Positions 24,443 to 32,835 of a stretch of 47,590 nt of DNA are shown piece by piece. The translations under genes were made by a program, and so were the position numbers. A model generated the notes under the pieces. That model was not told the DNA's origin. It worked only from the letters and a program-made list of their open reading frames with translations, and ran no database searches. Source of the stretch: a virus; IMG/VR virus record IMGVR_UViG_3300045988_057867. One strand, written 5' to 3'. Every line of letters starts with the position of its first letter. Position 1 is the stretch's first letter.

Positions 24443-25471
24443 TTACCACGCACCTTTCAGTGTTTCAGTCACCAGTTCCCAGTCTTCCAGAATTAAAGCG
24501 GAGCGCAGCGAATCGCTGAAGCTGCAGTGAGCACGCGGGTCATGAAGGCTAAGCGCAGACGCGCCGCCGTAGCTGGGGTTGTTGAAACTCGAACCGCGAA
24601 ACGGAACTGCTTCTTCAAGTGTGCTGTCTACCCAGATTCCCGTCTTTTCTTCCTTGTAGTTCTTTGGTACAATACCCAGCTTGTGTGCGATCTCTGGAAC
24701 TTCTTTTAATGTTCCTGCAAGTTTTAAATCTCTGTAGTGATCTCCTCGCCAATCCCCGGCAATTTCCCCGTCTGTCAGTGTTACGCGTCCCATTTGAACA
24801 TCAAGGTATAATTCTTTTCCGGTTTCCTCTGCGACTGCTGCCGTCCAGTGTTCGCTTTCTTCGCTCGTGTCTACTGCTGCCGCGTCATTTTCCTTTATAT
24901 GTTCCACTCTTCCTCTGTTCAACCTTAACCCGGTTACTGGCTCCCAGTAGTTCCCGCATAGCCCAAATACGCCGTCTTCTGTTCCATCATGGGACCATGT
25001 AAGCGGGTCGCATCCGGTCAATGTGCAGTAACCGTCATACAGCGCGCCCCGTTCTTCCGGTGCATCTGCGCACTTTCCGCAATTTGTATTTCCGTGAATG
25101 GTCTTTCCCATCTTTGCTGCTTCATTCAACAGATAGACAAATTCTGTATTTGTCAGCAGGTGCCATCCGTCGCCCTTCTTTTTGCACATTTCTTCTGCTT
25201 CCGTGAAAGTCTTTCTTTCAATAGGCATGTTGTACGGCATGGAATGTGGAATGCCTTTGATCTCTGTATTATGAAATTGTGAGATTGCAACGCCCTGTAC
25301 GATCTTCCCATTTACTTTGAACATATCCGGTACGTCTTTTTCATCCGGTTTGCCGTCTCTCGGGTCCATAAAAAACAGTGTCATAAAATCAGGAATCCCG
25401 TTTTTGTCCTTGATAACTACTTTTGTTCTCCATACGGTGCATGTTCCGTATTTCACCATCTTTAATGCCAT
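24443..25471 (-). CDS. DGR variable protein 1 (C-type-lectin/FGE-like fold, remote target)
   Basis: 342 aa paralog of 38298..39347 (KKKGDGWHLLTNTEF, GNTNCGK, PLTWSHDGTEDGVFGLCGNYWEPVTGLRL). The C-terminal RGSSFNNPSYGGASALSLHDPRAHCSFSDSLRSA is encoded by VR1. Confidence 0.85.
   Translation of the reverse strand: MALKMVKYGTCTVWRTKVVIKDKNGIPDFMTLFFMDPRDGKPDEKDVPDMFKVNGKIVQGVAISQFHNTEIKGIPHSMPYNMPIERKTFTEAEEMCKKKGDGWHLLTNTEFVYLLNEAAKMGKTIHGNTNCGKCADAPEERGALYDGYCTLTGCDPLTWSHDGTEDGVFGLCGNYWEPVTGLRLNRGRVEHIKENDAAAVDTSEESEHWTAAVAEETGKELYLDVQMGRVTLTDGEIAGDWRGDHYRDLKLAGTLKEVPEIAHKLGIVPKNYKEEKTGIWVDSTLEEAVPFRGSSFNNPSYGGASALSLHDPRAHCSFSDSLRSALILEDWELVTETLKGAW
24496..24606 (-). repeat. DGR variable region VR1
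   Basis: Colinear with TR 37606..37716. There are 15 mismatches at TR adenines (coding strand) and 1 at a non-adenine position. Confidence 0.85.
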
Positions 25472-25941
25472 TTTCTTTTCCTCCTGTTTCTGGTATGATT
25501 TTTATTTCTTTTACCTGACAGTCGTTGTACTGTCAGGATTTTTGCTGTTTTAACCACTGGCGGTTCCGGTATGTTCAATAGTTCCCTGTACCGTTCCTGT
25601 GCCGCCCATCTTTCCGCCTGCTGCCTTGCTTCATTAATCATGTCTGGCACTACTGAAAAAGCTGCGAACATTTTTGCTGTTTCTTTCGCCCAGCTTGACA
25701 TGCTTTCTGATATTGTCGCTGCTCCCCGCTTTAGCGCATCTGAAATCCGCTTTGCAAAGTCGCCGTCTTCCATTGGTCTTACCTTGTCCCACGGTCTTTG
25801 ATATTTCCGCAATGTTTCATGGTTCAGCTGTTGTTTTGGTGCTGGTATCTTTGGTTGTACATTTCTTCGTACATCCGCAATCTTTGGCGGGTTGCTTCCG
25901 TGCTGCTTTTTATACAGCTTCTTTTTCTGTCTTTTATTCAC
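25462..25941 (-). CDS. Hypothetical basic protein
   Basis: 159 aa with Lys/Arg-rich termini. Confidence 0.55.
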   Translation of the reverse strand: MNKRQKKKLYKKQHGSNPPKIADVRRNVQPKIPAPKQQLNHETLRKYQRPWDKVRPMEDGDFAKRISDALKRGAATISESMSSWAKETAKMFAAFSVVPDMINEARQQAERWAAQERYRELLNIPEPPVVKTAKILTVQRLSGKRNKNHTRNRRKRKWH

Positions 25942-26159
25942 CTTACCTCGCCTTTCTTTCTCGCTATCTCCTGTGCAACGTCTTCTTTCATCAATTCAAT
26001 AATTGCCATCATTGCGCCTATTCTTCTGTCGAACACTTCCGCCAGAATTTCTTCCAGTTCTTCAAGTTTGATTCCTGACAGCAGGCAAAATGTATAAATT
26101 TTGAACTTCGGTATTATGTCCAGTCTGCTTATTGCTTCGTGTACGTCAATCCTTGTCAT
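25938..26159 (-). CDS. Hypothetical protein
   Basis: 73 aa, translationally coupled (4-nt overlaps on both sides). Confidence 0.55.
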   Translation of the reverse strand: MTRIDVHEAISRLDIIPKFKIYTFCLLSGIKLEELEEILAEVFDRRIGAMMAIIELMKEDVAQEIARKKGEVR

Positions 26160-27157
26160 TTTGTTTCCCTCTCTTCTCCTAAAATGATCTTACGAAATAT
26201 GCTTTCAAATATAGGAACCGCAATGCTGTTACCCGCCTGTCTGTATAAAGTTGTGTAATATCTGCCCCGGCGCTGGTGTACTGCTTTTGCCGCTTCAAAC
26301 TCCGTGTCTGTATATCCCATCAGCCGCCAACACTCCCGTTCTGTCAAATACCTGTATCTGCCATTTCCGCAGTCAATCACCTGTGCTGGTGTACGGTCTT
26401 GTCTGGTTGTGATCGTATATGCAAAATCTTTTATAACTGTTGCCCGTTTGATTCCGGTTTTTCCGATCACGCTATATACGGACGGTTGCGTTACGTCATA
26501 TGCTTTCGGTACGCTGTCGCTATTTTCCAGAAAATCAGAAATATTTTTCATTGGTGTTCTTACCAGCTTTTCAAAATCAAACTTTTCCCCGTTTAAGCAG
26601 CTGATTGTAAAGACCCTTTCGCGCGCCTGTGGTAGTCCAAACTCCCTTGCGTCCAGAACGTCATAATTGTTCGTGTACCCCAGACGTTCCATTTCTTTCT
26701 GATACCGTACAAAATTTTCTATCATATACTTTGACGTGACGTTTTTCACGTTTTCCCATATCACGTACTTTGGTTTCCATTCTCCCATCTGTTCAATGAT
26801 ATGTATGGTTTCCCACATCAGGCTTGAACGGGTTTTGCTTCCTTCGTCGGCACCTCTTCCCCTGTTTATTCTCCCATCTGCTGCCGTTGCTTTCCCTTGA
26901 TGTCCTGCAATACTCATATCTTGGCAAGGACTGCCATGTATCAAAATGTCAGGTCTAAGGTTCCACCCGACAACTGTTTGTATTTTGTATGGCAGTTCTT
27001 CCGAAAACATATTGTTGTATGATCTCACTGCCTGTTCGTCGATTTCCACATAGTCAATTGCTTTTGTTGGTATCTTTAAATTTCGCAATGCGCAACGCGG
27101 GCTTCCAATTCCTCCGAATAGTTCCAGTATTTGCACTGGTTTTTCTTCGGTTATCAC
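26156..27157 (-). CDS. DNA (cytosine-5)-methyltransferase
   Basis: Motifs are in order: ELFGGIGS (I), HGSPCQDMSIAG (IV), WENVKNV (VI) and QAGNSIAVPI (X). Confidence 0.9.
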   Translation of the reverse strand: MITEEKPVQILELFGGIGSPRCALRNLKIPTKAIDYVEIDEQAVRSYNNMFSEELPYKIQTVVGWNLRPDILIHGSPCQDMSIAGHQGKATAADGRINRGRGADEGSKTRSSLMWETIHIIEQMGEWKPKYVIWENVKNVTSKYMIENFVRYQKEMERLGYTNNYDVLDAREFGLPQARERVFTISCLNGEKFDFEKLVRTPMKNISDFLENSDSVPKAYDVTQPSVYSVIGKTGIKRATVIKDFAYTITTRQDRTPAQVIDCGNGRYRYLTERECWRLMGYTDTEFEAAKAVHQRRGRYYTTLYRQAGNSIAVPIFESIFRKIILGEERETK

Positions 27158-27363
27158 TTTTTATCCCTCCGTTCTGTAATAGGGCAATCGTCCATTCTTT
27201 TTGTATCTTCCTTTCCGTCTAATACTGTTTCGTGTCCTGTAATGAAACACATTCCAGTTTCTACGGTTTCCATATCTACAAGCCAGAACGGACAAGCCGT
27301 ACAAGTTTCTGGTATAATTTCCGCAGTCACTTCAATTCCGTATGCTTCGTAATTAGCAACCAC
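27154..27363 (-). CDS. Hypothetical protein
   Basis: 69 aa, coupled to the methyltransferase gene by a 4-nt overlap. Confidence 0.5.
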   Translation of the reverse strand: MVANYEAYGIEVTAEIIPETCTACPFWLVDMETVETGMCFITGHETVLDGKEDTKRMDDCPITERRDKK

Positions 27364-27408
27364 TTTTTCTCTTCGTTCCCTCCGGTATGCTCTATCTGGT
27401 ATGATTAT

Positions 27409-27549
27409 TTATACTGCTTTCTTCTGCTGTACCTCTGTTTTTGGTTCTTGTGTCACTTTTACAGTGATCTTTACATTTTCCCGGCGTGATAAAATCAGCG
27501 CCAAGGTGTCATAAAAACGCTGTGCATTAAATGTTCCCTGTACTTCCAC
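27409..27549 (-). CDS. Possible small protein (46 aa, GTG start)
   Basis: RBS AAAGGGGAA is followed by GTG. It reads VEVQGTFNAQRFYDTLALILSRRENVKITVKVTQEPKTEVQQKKAV and fills a 200-nt gap in a tightly packed operon. Confidence 0.3.
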   Translation of the reverse strand: MEVQGTFNAQRFYDTLALILSRRENVKITVKVTQEPKTEVQQKKAV

Positions 27550-27563
27550 GCCTATTCCCCTTT

Positions 27564-27833
27564 CTAAAATGGTGTAAAATGCTTTTTAAACACTTCTTTT
27601 TTTAATTCAGCAACCGTGTTCCCCGCGTCTGCTATTAAATGCAGCTTTACGGTGCCTTTTCTTTTGTTCTGTCCTACCAGCGCCCATGCTCCCCAGTCTC
27701 TTGTTATTGTCTGTTCGTATGGTTCTGTGTACAGGTGCTGTATTGTCAACGGTTCTTCACATATGAAAACTGTTCTTTCCGGTGTTTCCAACTTTTCACC
27801 TTCTTTCCGGTGATCTACGCCCAGCGCACCCAT
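27564..27833 (-). CDS. Hypothetical protein
   Basis: 89 aa ORF in the early operon. Confidence 0.55.
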   Translation of the reverse strand: MGALGVDHRKEGEKLETPERTVFICEEPLTIQHLYTEPYEQTITRDWGAWALVGQNKRKGTVKLHLIADAGNTVAELKKEVFKKHFTPF

Positions 27834-28132
27834 TCCCCGTTTTTACATATGAGTGTGCCGCAGTCTGTCAGTCCAAGTGCTGCGTGGCTGAATACTTCAA
27901 TTCTTATGAAGTTTCCTGACTGTCTTATAAACCATGCTTTTTTCTTATCATCTGCCCGCAGTCCTTTTCCGCATTTCTCAAAATCTTCAAATGGCGGAAG
28001 GTTTCTGCCCCAGAAGCCTTTTACGGTTTCGTGCAGTTCTTCATTGCTTAACTGTCTTGCTTCTTCCATTTTGTTTTCCTTTCTTCGCGCCCACCCGCAG
28101 GCAGGCGCTTTAGGCTGTCTTTGCTGCTCCAC
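27815..28132 (-). CDS. Hypothetical protein
   Basis: 105 aa ORF in the early operon. Confidence 0.55.
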   Translation of the reverse strand: MEQQRQPKAPACGWARRKENKMEEARQLSNEELHETVKGFWGRNLPPFEDFEKCGKGLRADDKKKAWFIRQSGNFIRIEVFSHAALGLTDCGTLICKNGEWVRWA

Positions 28133-28292
28133 CTGTTGCCAGATCGTAGCCGATCTTTACGCCGCGCAGTAATGTTTCAAAACTGCTTTTCTGTTCCTCT
28201 GTCAGTAGCTTTGCAAAGTCCAGAACGTCTGCTGCTTCTTTCTGGTTTTCTGCTGCCAGAATCATTTCCAGTGCTTTTCTGTTTTCTGCCAT
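28110..28292 (-). CDS. Hypothetical protein, first gene of the leftward early operon (Cro position)
   Basis: 60 aa, divergent from the XRE repressor gene. No HTH recognised. Confidence 0.45.
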   Translation of the reverse strand: MAENRKALEMILAAENQKEAADVLDFAKLLTEEQKSSFETLLRGVKIGYDLATGGAAKTA

Positions 28293-28363
28293 TGTGGTTT
28301 CCTCCTTATTTTATTTTTACAAGTGGTTTGTTGTTTTATACCATTCACTTGTTTTATAAGACT

Positions 28364-28393
28364 ATAATATACCAGGTCACTTGTATTTGTCAA
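28364..28393 (-). promoter_or_regulatory. Leftward early promoter TTGACA-18-TATTAT with an operator in the spacer
   Basis: The minus strand reads TTGACAAATACAAGTGACCTGGTATATTAT. Confidence 0.6.
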
Positions 28394-28413
28394 CTATTTT
28401 CTTGTTATTTCTA

Positions 28414-28442
28414 TTGACATTTATACAAGTGACTGGTATTAT
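28414..28442 (+). promoter_or_regulatory. Rightward repressor promoter TTGACA-17-TATTAT with an operator in the spacer
   Basis: The plus strand reads TTGACATTTATACAAGTGACTGGTATTAT, a near mirror image of the leftward promoter. Confidence 0.6.
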
Positions 28443-28477
28443 TAGCTTATCAGATAGAAAGGGGGGTGTGAAATCGC

Positions 28478-28918
28478 ATGACTATTAATGAACGAATTAA
28501 ATATTTCAGAAAAGAAATTAAAAAGATGAATCAGAAGCAATTCGCGGAAATTCTTGGTGTTACCCAGTCCGGCGTAAGTTATATGGAGCAGGAAGGGTCC
28601 ACTGTGGCAGACAGTAGTATAAAGGTTATTTGTTCTGTTTGTGGATTAAATGAAGAATGGTTGCGAAATGGTCTTGAACCAATGACCGTGCAACCGGAAA
28701 CATTCAATCTTGATGAATTTGCCCGGGCGCGTGGCGCGTCTGATCTTGAACTGAAAGTTGTGAAAGCGTATTTTGAACTTGACCCGGACATTAGAAAAAT
28801 GCTCATAGAACATTTTAAGACGGAATTAACGGACAGCAACGATCATCCGAAAACGCCGGAAGAACTGGAAAGTCAGTACCCAGTTGAAGAAGAAGGGTCA
28901 GGGCTGGGGGCTGGGTAA
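28478..28918 (+). CDS. XRE-family HTH repressor (CI-like)
   Basis: NERIKYFRKEIKKMNQKQFAEILGVTQSGVSYMEQ is a classic XRE HTH. The gene is divergent from the early operon. Confidence 0.8.
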   Translation: MTINERIKYFRKEIKKMNQKQFAEILGVTQSGVSYMEQEGSTVADSSIKVICSVCGLNEEWLRNGLEPMTVQPETFNLDEFARARGASDLELKVVKAYFELDPDIRKMLIEHFKTELTDSNDHPKTPEELESQYPVEEEGSGLGAG

Positions 28919-28939
28919 AAGCGCACCCAGCCTTTTTTT
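28909..28939 (+). terminator. Intrinsic terminator after the repressor gene
   Basis: GGCTGGGT-aaaagcgc-ACCCAGCC followed by TTTTTTT. Confidence 0.75.
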
Positions 28940-29184
28940 CTTAATTAAATATGATTAACTTGCATTTCCCGGAAAATAGCCTGTTATAGTACAGTGTATT
29001 ATTTGACCGATAATATAACGCATATACATTTGTGTATTTATAGTAAACGTACTTTATAACCATATGTATCACCCTACCCCTTCTCCTGATGGCTGGGTGC
29101 AACGTTTATATTACCTGCTACACTGTCTGTATAATACAAGTAAGTTCTGGTAAGAAATGCAGCATATGGAAAAGGTGGTATTTT

Positions 29185-29778
29185 ATGGGATTTCTTTCAC
29201 GTTTATTCAATAATTCGCAGGCTGTCTCCGCCCCTGTAAAAGTAGAAATATCTGTTTCTCAGTCTTCTTACTATGTTGAAACAAAACAGAAAACGCGTGG
29301 TGTTTTGCCTGCTGTTTCTTCAAAAGCATTAGACGGTTACGTTTCGCCCTCTGGCGGTTTTGTGAGTTATGGTAGGTTTCAAGTTATTGGTACTAATCCA
29401 GATACTAAGCGCAAAAACAAGCGTATTTATGAAGTCAAGGACAGTGACTGTGCCTGCAAGTATGCTGAATGTGACGGATTAATTGGACCTTTTGACATTA
29501 CTGTTTTACCGTCCGTCCCTCCGTCTGATCGTCAGCTTGCTTATGCAAAATCTTTGGGCGCTCGCATCCCGTCAGGTGCATGTTTTCTTGATGTTAGTGC
29601 CATTATTTCTCGGATAACGGAAAATGAAGAAAAATTGGATTCTGAAAAGATTGCGAAATTAGCATTTGCTTATGGTGTTAATTTCTCTCGGTACCATAGT
29701 AAATCTGCAATAATGAATATAGCTAAGAATACTTTGTCTGTTATTGAATACAGCCATTTTATAATGGATTTATGTTAG
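29185..29778 (+). CDS. Hypothetical protein in the lysogeny module (possible lysogenic-conversion gene)
   Basis: Start set at MGFLSRLF (RBS AAAGGTGG). 197 aa, no recognisable motif. It lies between the repressor and integrase genes and is followed by a hairpin at 29785..29818. Confidence 0.55.
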   Translation: MGFLSRLFNNSQAVSAPVKVEISVSQSSYYVETKQKTRGVLPAVSSKALDGYVSPSGGFVSYGRFQVIGTNPDTKRKNKRIYEVKDSDCACKYAECDGLIGPFDITVLPSVPPSDRQLAYAKSLGARIPSGACFLDVSAIISRITENEEKLDSEKIAKLAFAYGVNFSRYHSKSAIMNIAKNTLSVIEYSHFIMDLC

Positions 29779-29907
29779 AAATAAAAATCCCGGCGGTGCG
29801 GGGACACTGCCGGGATTTCTGCAACGTTTTGTATAATCATACCAGATACAACATACCGTCTGCATTGTTATTGTAGCATATGCAGACAGGAAAAGAAAGG
29901 AAATAGC

Positions 29908-31293
29908 ATGATAAAAAAAGAACTTTCTACGGGTCCGCTTCGTGTTGCACTTTACATACGTGTTTCCGGTGAAGAACAAAAGATAAAAGGGCTTTCGCTG
30001 GAAGCGCAACAAGAACGTTTGGAAGAATACGCGCGGCAGCAAGGCTGGGTGGTTGTCGGTATATATATCGACGCTGCAAAAACTGCCCGTAAAGATATGC
30101 GGAAGCGTTCTGAATTTCAGAAAATGATTAGCTCTGTCAAGCGTGATGAAATAGACTTGCTTCTGTTCTGCCGCCTTGACCGCTGGTTTCGATCTGTCGC
30201 AGACTATTACAAGATCATGGAAATACTGCAAACACATCACTGTGACTGGAAGACTACAGATGAAGAATACGACACAAGTACCGCGAACGGTCGTTTGTAT
30301 ATCAACGTCAAATTATCAATCGCCCAGAATGAAGCTGATATTTGTAGTGAAAGAATCTCTGTTGTATTTGACAGTAAGGTACAACACGGCACGGTTGTTT
30401 CCGGTAACTGTCCTTTTGGTTACGTCGTGAATGAAGAAAAGCGCCTTTCCATTGACCCAGACGCTGCCGCGATCGTCCGGGACGCTTTTAATTATTATGA
30501 ATCTTCCGTAAGCCAGCGTGGTACCATCCGGCATATCCGGGAAACCTACGGTGTGAACTGGTGTGATGCTACTTTTCGCCGTATGCTTGCTGAGCGTCTT
30601 TACACTGGTGTTTATGACAGTAACAAGAGATTTAATGAAAATTTTTGCGATCCTATAATAGATGCAGCGCAATTTGATCGCGTACAAAAACTTTTGAAAA
30701 AAAATGCTCGTTTTTCTCCTGCCGGAAATATTTACATTTTCACATCAATTTTAAAATGTGCCGAATGTCTTCATAATCTTTCCGGCTGTCGCACTCGTTC
30801 TGGCAATCATTATTACTACTATTACCGCTGCAACCAGCACTTACAACGCGGCAGATGCAGTCATAATAAATCTGTTCGTGAATCTTATGTTGAAGAATGG
30901 CTTTTTGAACATCTGGGGGAAGAACTGGAACGTTGTAAACTGGAATGGGACGTACAAGCGGCAGAACGTAAAAAGAAAACTCGCTCAACAGATAAAGCGG
31001 TTTTGAAACGGAAATTGACAAAGTTAAAAGAACTGTACATGGATGATCTGATTACTATTGAAGAATATAAAAAAGACTACCAGATATATACTGCTGCCCT
31101 GCAACAGATACCAGATGAAGTTCCAGAAGAAACGCCGCCGGACTTTTCCGCTGTGGAAAGAATGTTGCAAGCAGATTTTAAAAGCATATATGATTCCCTG
31201 ACCCGTGAAGAAAAACGGACGCTCTGGCGCTCTGTTATATCAGAAATTCGTGTTGACCGTGATAATAACATCACGGGAATTATTTTTGGGTAG
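29908..31293 (+). CDS. Large serine recombinase (integrase)
   Basis: The N-terminal resolvase domain is ALYIRVSGEEQKIKGLSLEAQQERLEEYA. It also has a recombinase domain, a zinc ribbon (CAEC...YRCNQHLQRGRCSH) and a C-terminal coiled coil. Confidence 0.9.
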   Translation: MIKKELSTGPLRVALYIRVSGEEQKIKGLSLEAQQERLEEYARQQGWVVVGIYIDAAKTARKDMRKRSEFQKMISSVKRDEIDLLLFCRLDRWFRSVADYYKIMEILQTHHCDWKTTDEEYDTSTANGRLYINVKLSIAQNEADICSERISVVFDSKVQHGTVVSGNCPFGYVVNEEKRLSIDPDAAAIVRDAFNYYESSVSQRGTIRHIRETYGVNWCDATFRRMLAERLYTGVYDSNKRFNENFCDPIIDAAQFDRVQKLLKKNARFSPAGNIYIFTSILKCAECLHNLSGCRTRSGNHYYYYYRCNQHLQRGRCSHNKSVRESYVEEWLFEHLGEELERCKLEWDVQAAERKKKTRSTDKAVLKRKLTKLKELYMDDLITIEEYKKDYQIYTAALQQIPDEVPEETPPDFSAVERMLQADFKSIYDSLTREEKRTLWRSVISEIRVDRDNNITGIIFG

Positions 31294-31295
31294 TG

Positions 31296-31341
31296 TTGTA
31301 CTAATGTGACACTACCTGTTGGTTATGTATAATTAGTACAA
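31296..31341. other. Candidate attP core for the serine integrase
   Basis: Perfect 10-bp inverted repeat TTGTACTAAT/ATTAGTACAA separated by 26 bp, starting 3 nt after the integrase stop. Size and symmetry fit a serine-integrase att site. Confidence 0.35.
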
Positions 31342-31351
31342 ATAGAAAAAT

Positions 31352-31377
31352 ACCCGGCAGACCTAAATTTGCCGGGT
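31352..31377. terminator. Bidirectional terminator between the integrase gene and the convergent gene
   Basis: ACCCGGCA-N10-TGCCGGGT, with T-rich runs on both strands. Confidence 0.65.
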
Positions 31378-31384
31378 TCTTCTT

Positions 31385-31741
31385 TTATTCTGTTATATCG
31401 AATTTTTCGCCACACATAGGGCAGTACCTGTCTTCTTGTGCTACTCTCTCATATCCACATACTTCGCATTTAAAGTAACATCTTTTTTCAGTTGCAACAT
31501 TTAGTATGATCTTTGTGTTTTTCTTTGCTGTTTCTTCTCTATTCCAATTTTTCACATTTTCGTACAGATCAAGTATATTATCCAACTGCATACTTTGTAT
31601 TTTTGCTCTGTACCATTTAAACTCCCCTGTTCTATCGTTGTGGCTGCAAATATCTTTTCCATAAATTTGTTGTACCTTACCCATTGCATAGAATCCAAAT
31701 TGTTGACCGCACACCATGTTTATTATATCTGCTCTATTCAT
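31385..31741 (-). CDS. Hypothetical protein with a C-terminal zinc ribbon
   Basis: 118 aa with CEVCGYERVAQEDRYCPMCG. Confidence 0.6.
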   Translation of the reverse strand: MNRADIINMVCGQQFGFYAMGKVQQIYGKDICSHNDRTGEFKWYRAKIQSMQLDNILDLYENVKNWNREETAKKNTKIILNVATEKRCYFKCEVCGYERVAQEDRYCPMCGEKFDITE

Positions 31742-31768
31742 TTCTTTTTCCTCTTACAAATATTATTG

Positions 31769-32098
31769 CTATTCTTCTATGTTTTCCATGCCTGCTACCG
31801 TTGCTGCTTCTTTTTGATCTTCCAGCGTCTGCGGTGCGTCCTCTTCGTTCTCTTTCCAGTATAATTCCTTTCCGGTGTCGTTCATGTATTTTTCTTTCAC
31901 TGCTTCCACAACATACCCGTTAAAAGTCAGACCCTGTTCTTTCGCTGCTTCTTTTATTGTTGCTTTCATTCCGCGTGGTAATGACAATTCAGCGCGATCA
32001 TACTTCTTTTCACGGTATTTATTTTTTGCTACTGTCGCTGCGTGTCCGCGTGGTATCGCCCATTTCTTTTCTGGTTCTTCCATCGTTCTTTCCTCCAT
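31769..32098 (-). CDS. Ribbon-helix-helix (Arc/CopG-like) DNA-binding protein
   Basis: DRAELSLPRGMKATIKEAAKEQGLTFNGYVVEAVKEKY fits a beta-strand, helix, helix RHH pattern. It is divergent from the operator-bearing promoter at 32187..32232. Confidence 0.55.
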   Translation of the reverse strand: MEERTMEEPEKKWAIPRGHAATVAKNKYREKKYDRAELSLPRGMKATIKEAAKEQGLTFNGYVVEAVKEKYMNDTGKELYWKENEEDAPQTLEDQKEAATVAGMENIEE

Positions 32099-32186
32099 TT
32101 CGTTTTCATTATTGTACCATTCTTTTTATTTTTACGGAAGTATAAAAAATCACAATTATACTTCCGTAAATTTGTGTATTATGCCT

Positions 32187-32232
32187 ATTGTTTTTATACT
32201 TCCGTAAGTATATAATAAAGACAGTTAAAGAA
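32187..32232 (+). promoter_or_regulatory. Promoter with embedded 18-bp operator (46-nt copy identical to 18943..18988 on the opposite strand)
   Basis: -35 TTGTTT at 32188..32193, a 17-nt spacer and -10 TATAAT at 32211..32216. The operator TATACTTCCGTAAGTATA is at 32195..32212. Degenerate copies lie at 32157..32174 and, inverted, at 32127..32144. Confidence 0.65.
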
Positions 32233-32256
32233 ATACAGATCGCGGAGGGCAAAGCA

Positions 32257-32481
32257 ATGGCAGTAAAACTTCAAGGAATATATAATAAGCAGGAAGCAAA
32301 GGCAGTAAAGGAATTAAAGACCGGGGACGTTATCATGTGGAACTACGGTTATGTAAGTACCGTGGTTGGTCTTATTCCAAGCAAGACCGGGAAGACATTT
32401 ACTTGTCTTCTGAAAAGCAATCAAGATGGCGTTGTTCGTGAAAGAAAAATGGGTGCAGAAAGACTGGTTGCTATTGCATAG
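32257..32481 (+). CDS. Hypothetical protein
   Basis: Start set at MAVKLQG (RBS GGAGGG), downstream of the mapped promoter. 74 aa. Confidence 0.55.
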   Translation: MAVKLQGIYNKQEAKAVKELKTGDVIMWNYGYVSTVVGLIPSKTGKTFTCLLKSNQDGVVRERKMGAERLVAIA

Positions 32482-32509
32482 CATCCAGCTGGAAAGAAAG
32501 GTGGAATGA

Positions 32510-32794
32510 ATGATGGAAGCAAAAATGATGATAGCTGGAAGCTTTGATGAATTTGTGGAAAAGATAACGCAGGCAGAACGCAAAGTGCTTAACACTCCTT
32601 TTGGGCAGGAAATAACAGAACGGCTTCTGAAAATGAAGTTGGAAGAAAACCCAGATATGACAGTGGAAGAATGGCAGGACACAAAAAGCCAGTTCTTGGC
32701 TTTCCTTTTCGCAATGTTCGTGAAAGAAACGCCGCAGGCTATGGCAGAACTTGCCCAGCATACATGGGACGAATTGCAAGCAAAAGAAGTATAA
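32510..32794 (+). CDS. Hypothetical protein
   Basis: 94 aa, RBS AAAGGTGG, acidic and helical. Confidence 0.55.
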   Translation: MMEAKMMIAGSFDEFVEKITQAERKVLNTPFGQEITERLLKMKLEENPDMTVEEWQDTKSQFLAFLFAMFVKETPQAMAELAQHTWDELQAKEV

Positions 32795-32835
32795 TGCAAC
32801 CGGGCGGCATTGCTGCCGCCCAGAAAGAATGGTGA

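Noticed and set aside
29770-30240. 156-aa minus-strand ORF
   Set aside because: It overlaps the catalytic N-terminal domain of the serine recombinase on the opposite strand and shows no coding-like features.
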